Origin: Planctomycetota bacterium
GTDB lineage: Bacteria > Planctomycetota > UBA8108 > UBA1146
DNA: 32,966 nucleotides
Assembly: GCA_002711105.1 (NCBI GenBank)
Contig: PAIH01000039.1
Location: 1,360 to 34,325, forward strand
Direction of reading: 5' to 3'
Below the pieces are notes generated by a model. That model did not search any database, was not told the DNA's origin, and saw only the letters and a program-made list of their open reading frames with translations. Of this stretch, positions 29,110-32,966 are shown one piece after another. The translations under genes and the position numbers were made by a program. Every line of letters starts with the position of its first letter. Position 1 is the first letter of the stretch.

Positions 29110-30995
29110 TGTCCTGCTTTTCGCTGGTCCTGACTCTGGTAACGCTCACGGTCCACCCGTCCATCGAAGCGCAAACAGCTCCCGCTGCCAGTTACGTCAT
29201 CTCCCTCGATGAGGCGGCGCAGCATCGAGTCATCGTCGAGGCCAGATTTTTGACTCCTGCTAGCGGCAAGCTCGCACTGTGGATGCCGGTCTGGACCCCT
29301 GGCTCCTACAAGATCCGTGACTATGCCCGGCACATAGAGGAGATCGTGGCTACCGATGCTACGGGCACAGTTCTTCACATCGCGCGTCCATCGAAAAATA
29401 GCTGGCTCATCGAAGCCTCCGCAGGCGCGGAGGTGGTGGTCCGTTATCGCATCTATGCTCGTTTGCTCACAGTACGCACCAACTTCGTCGAAGCGGACTC
29501 AGGATTCCTCAATGGCGCAGCCACGTTCTTGCTGCCTCGTGGAAGCGATGGGCCCTTTGACATCAGCATTGAGATGCCAGATACGATGTCCTCGGTCGTT
29601 ACTTCGTTACCGTCTCTGGGAACAAATCAGTGGCGTGCTGAAAATGTCGATCAACTGTGCGACTCACCGATCATCTTCGGATCACCACGAGTGCAGAACT
29701 TTGAAGTCGATTCCATCCCCCACTACCTGGTGAACCTGGGTGGAGAAGACCTCTGGGATGACGAGGCATGTGCAGAAGACGTAAAGCTAATCGCTGAAGA
29801 ACTGGCCAACTTCTGGGGTCAAATCCCCTACTCAGACTATCGATACCTCAATGTCATCGCGGAAGGCGGCGGAGGACTGGAGCATCACGATTGCACCCTG
29901 ATGCTCACTGGACGCTGGACCTGGGGAGACGAAGATCGACGAAAGGGTTGGTTCGGCCTGGTCAGTCACGAACACTTCCATGCCTGGAACGGAAAACGTC
30001 TGCGTCCCGAAGCACTGGGTCCGTTCGATTACGAGCAGGAGGTGTTTACGCCCGATCTGTGGTTCGTCGAGGGTTTCACCAGTTACTACGACGATCTCCT
30101 GATCGCCCGGGCAGGGCTGCTCGATCAGAAGGAATACCTGGAGCGTCTCGGCAAGGGGATCGACGGCGTCCAGAAAACTCCTGGTCGCCTGGTACTGCCC
30201 CTTTCTCGAGCCAGCACAGATGCGTGGATTCGCTACTACCAGCGCGACGAGAACTCCGTCAACAGCCAAATTTCTTACTACACCAAGGGTGCCATCGTCG
30301 CCTGGCTCCTCGATGCCAGGATTCGCACTGCCAGCCAGCATCAAAAAACTCTCGACGATGCGATGCGTCTGGCCTACAGCCGCTACTCCGGGGAACGCGG
30401 GTACTCCCACGATCAACTTTTCTCGGTTTTCGAGGAAATCGCCGGAGTCGATCTCGATGACTGGTTCGCACGATTCATCGACGGAACCGATGAACTCGAA
30501 TACGGCGAAGCACTCGACGTTTTTGGCTTACGATTCAAATCCGAAGAGGAAGAAGACGAAAAAGAAGAAGAAGAAAAAGAAGATCCTGTGCCTGGCTGGC
30601 TCGGGATCGATGCCAGCGAATCAAATGGTCGCTGGGTGGTAACGAGAGTACGTCGCGGAACACCCGCCTACCATATGGGCCTCAATACTGGAGACGAGCT
30701 GCTCGCCCTCAACAAATATCGAGTCAACTCCGGCAACTGGAAAACGATCTGCTTACAGCACCCTCCCGGCACCAAAGCTCGCCTGCTGGTCTCGCGGCGT
30801 GGAGTGTTGACCACTCTGGATGTCGAATTCGATAAAAAGCCGGAACAGAAATGGAAACTACAGCTCCATCCCGAAACGACCGATGAGCAGGCACTACGAC
30901 GTGCCACATGGCTCGGTCGTGCCGGCGCCGAAGCACGCCAGAAGGAGCTCGAGAAATCCGAGGAAAAAGAGCCCGAAGAGACCAAAAAGGACTGA
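29109..30995 (+). CDS. M61 family glycyl aminopeptidase with PDZ domain
   Basis: MPVWTPGSY, GGGLEH, SHEHFHAWNGKRLRP, WFVEGFTSYY, SYYTKG, and PDZ segment WLGI...GTPA..MGLNTGDELLAL. TGATG overlap with proS. Confidence 0.93.
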
Positions 30996-31143
30996 CAAAG
31001 GCTTCAGAAACCTCTCAGGCCTGTTTTGCCCTCCATCGCGCATTCCAGCGGTTGGCCGATCACCAGATGTCATCCTATTCTCAAGATGGAGAGGATCCCG
31101 GCACCCGTTACGCCGGTTTCCGATACAGCTTGAGGAGGATCCA

Positions 31144-31548
31144 GTGACTTCAGTGATCGAAAGCTTTTCACAACGTCGAGAATTTGTTCGACTGCATACC
31201 GAGATTCCGGTTCGTTACAAATTTCTCTCCAAAGAAGTAGAGATCCCGGAAGATTCCGTATTCGAGGGCTCTACCTCGCAAATCGGCGGTGGCGGATTGA
31301 TGCTTCATGGCCGAATCCCCAGCTTCAACTGGATCCCGGCTCTTCTGATGGGCAAGATCCACCTGGGAGTGAACCTGCTACTACCATCTCTTGATCAAGC
31401 GATCAAAGGTCTGTGTCAGGTCTCCTGGATCGAGGAGATCCCCGAAAACCGTGACCGCTGTAGCATGGGTCTTCGATTCATCGATATCGAAAAGGAAGAT
31501 CAAGATCAGGTGATGAAGTACCTGATTCGATCTCAGGTCCGCCGCTAA
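31144..31548 (+). CDS. PilZ domain protein
   Basis: GTG at 31144 after GAGGAGG; QRREFVR (RxxxR); SQIGGGGL at the DxSxxG position; QVSW...MGLRFIDI. ORF track start 30820 is too long. Confidence 0.8.
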   Translation: MTSVIESFSQRREFVRLHTEIPVRYKFLSKEVEIPEDSVFEGSTSQIGGGGLMLHGRIPSFNWIPALLMGKIHLGVNLLLPSLDQAIKGLCQVSWIEEIPENRDRCSMGLRFIDIEKEDQDQVMKYLIRSQVRR

Positions 31549-31584
31549 CACAGCTGTGCGGCGCACCTGGAAAGGTGACGCCGG

Positions 31585-32966
31585 ATGCCAGCCCTCGGAA
31601 CGATGTTCGTTGCAGTCCTACTGTGGTACATCGTTCCGGGGGTTAATTTCATCAGCGACTCATGGCTCGATGAGATCTTTCCCAAGGACAGCCTGCTCTA
31701 TCCAATTCTGCTGCTACTTCTGACCCCCGCTCTGGTGACCCTCGCTTCGCTGCGAATCCGTTCGAGAAAACCACACAGTGAGCTTTCAAAACAACTCAGC
31801 CGCGCTCACCAGATCGGCATGATCGCAACTCTGGTCACCTGGTTGGGAATCCTCACCTTCGGCAACTGGTTCGAGGTCACCCACTCCAGGATCTCTTCCG
31901 ATTGGCTTGGCATGACCACGCTGGTCGCACTTCTGCCGCTGGTCCTGAGCATCGGACTGACCTCCATGCCGATCACCTGGTACTCAGGGAGACGCTCCGT
32001 GGCGCTCCTCAACAGGGACTTCTGGCAACAATGCCGACCGAATCTGGTGCTGCTACTACCGCTGACCCTGCTGAGTGGGCTGGAGGAGTGGCTACTGCTT
32101 CACCCCGATCGGATCATCGATCTTTCCGGGCCGTTGTGGCTAATATCCATTGGTCTGTACCTCGTCATCATCATCCTGGGCGGTCCATTGTTGTTGCAGT
32201 ACATGCTTTCCTCACGACCCATCCCTGCCGGTGCTTTGCGCGACAAATTGATGAATCTGGCACGCCGCGGTGGCATTCGATGCGGCATTCCGAGGATCTG
32301 GAACACCGGATCTCGACCGATCCTCAATGCCATGATCACAGGCCTGGTGCCATTCCAGCGCAAGATATTCATCACCGATCATCTGCTGGAGGTGTCCTCG
32401 AATGACGAACTGGATGCTATTTTTGCCCACGAACTGGCGCATGCTCGTCACGGGCATCTGTGGCTGTATCTGCTGACAGGGATCGGTTTCATCTTCTCCT
32501 TGCTGCTATTCGATAGTGAGGTCCCTTCCACCACGACAATGATGATGATGGGGAGCATCACCCTGCTCTTCTGGATCTTCTTCGGGAAACTCTCGCGACA
32601 GCTGGAACACCAGGCTGACATCGTCAGCGACGAATTGACCGGACAACCGGGAGCCATCGCTCAGGCACTGGCACGAATCGCCATGCTCGGTAGTGGTCTG
32701 AATCAGCGTGGAGGTTGGCGCCACCCGCCGATCCTGGAACGAATCCGGGTCCTCCACCATTACCGAGAAGATCCGCAGTTTCGCGCTCGCTTCCGTCGTC
32801 ACAGCCGCCGTCTACTACTGTTCATCGGCTTCCTGGTGGCGATCCCTGGCAGCGTCTTGCTGGTCGAGGCGGCAGACGAGCTGTCGAATTCCCCCTGGCA
32901 ACAGCAGTTCGATCACGGACTCGCATTCATCGATGCGGTCGAGGAAATCCAATCGAGGCCCGGGCA
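31585..32966 (+). CDS. M48 family (Ste24/HtpX-like) membrane zinc metalloprotease, partial
   Basis: Not in the ORF track; translated by hand. ATG at 31585, multiple TM segments, NAMITG, IFITDHLL, ELDAIFAHELAH, SRQLEHQAD, WRHPPILERI; appears open to the window end. Confidence 0.88.
   Translation, partial: MPALGTMFVAVLLWYIVPGVNFISDSWLDEIFPKDSLLYPILLLLLTPALVTLASLRIRSRKPHSELSKQLSRAHQIGMIATLVTWLGILTFGNWFEVTHSRISSDWLGMTTLVALLPLVLSIGLTSMPITWYSGRRSVALLNRDFWQQCRPNLVLLLPLTLLSGLEEWLLLHPDRIIDLSGPLWLISIGLYLVIIILGGPLLLQYMLSSRPIPAGALRDKLMNLARRGGIRCGIPRIWNTGSRPILNAMITGLVPFQRKIFITDHLLEVSSNDELDAIFAHELAHARHGHLWLYLLTGIGFIFSLLLFDSEVPSTTTMMMMGSITLLFWIFFGKLSRQLEHQADIVSDELTGQPGAIAQALARIAMLGSGLNQRGGWRHPPILERIRVLHHYREDPQFRARFRRHSRRLLLFIGFLVAIPGSVLLVEAADELSNSPWQQQFDHGLAFIDAVEEIQSRPG

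Noticed and set aside
30543-30584. Purine-rich GAA-type run in the M61 gene
   Set aside because: Encodes an ordinary acidic linker (EEEEDEKEEEEKED) between the catalytic and PDZ domains.

Overview
A gene-dense chromosomal segment of moderately high GC, most likely from an uncultured Planctomycetota. That assignment is an inference from the C-terminal 'FIRGD' dockerin-like domain, DUF6941, the long RNase HII-like protein, the ASST and BNR proteins and the tandem DUF4139 genes. It holds about 30 CDSs. I recognised no rRNA, tRNA, CRISPR array, integrase or transposase. Housekeeping genes include fhs, an archaeal/eukaryote-type proS, a TrmH-family methyltransferase, a UbiD-family decarboxylase, a 3-hydroxyisobutyrate-type dehydrogenase and M20, M61 and M48 hydrolases. 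Four things stand out. (1) A translationally coupled SRPBCC - N6-adenine MTase - N6-adenine MTase (M.FokI-N-like) - DUF423 operon has no restriction endonuclease, and its predicted sigma70 -35 box sits in a palindrome centred on GGATG/CATCC. (2) A HypA-fold mini-protein upstream of ubiD has lost both the Ni-binding MHE motif and the zinc finger. (3) A selenium-associated YedE transporter sits outside its usual selD context, between a beta-barrel and a BNR protein and divergent from an aryl-sulfate sulfotransferase. (4) Tandem MuiA/DUF4139 genes are coupled to a small HEAT-like protein. All family calls are by eye from motifs; no searches were run.
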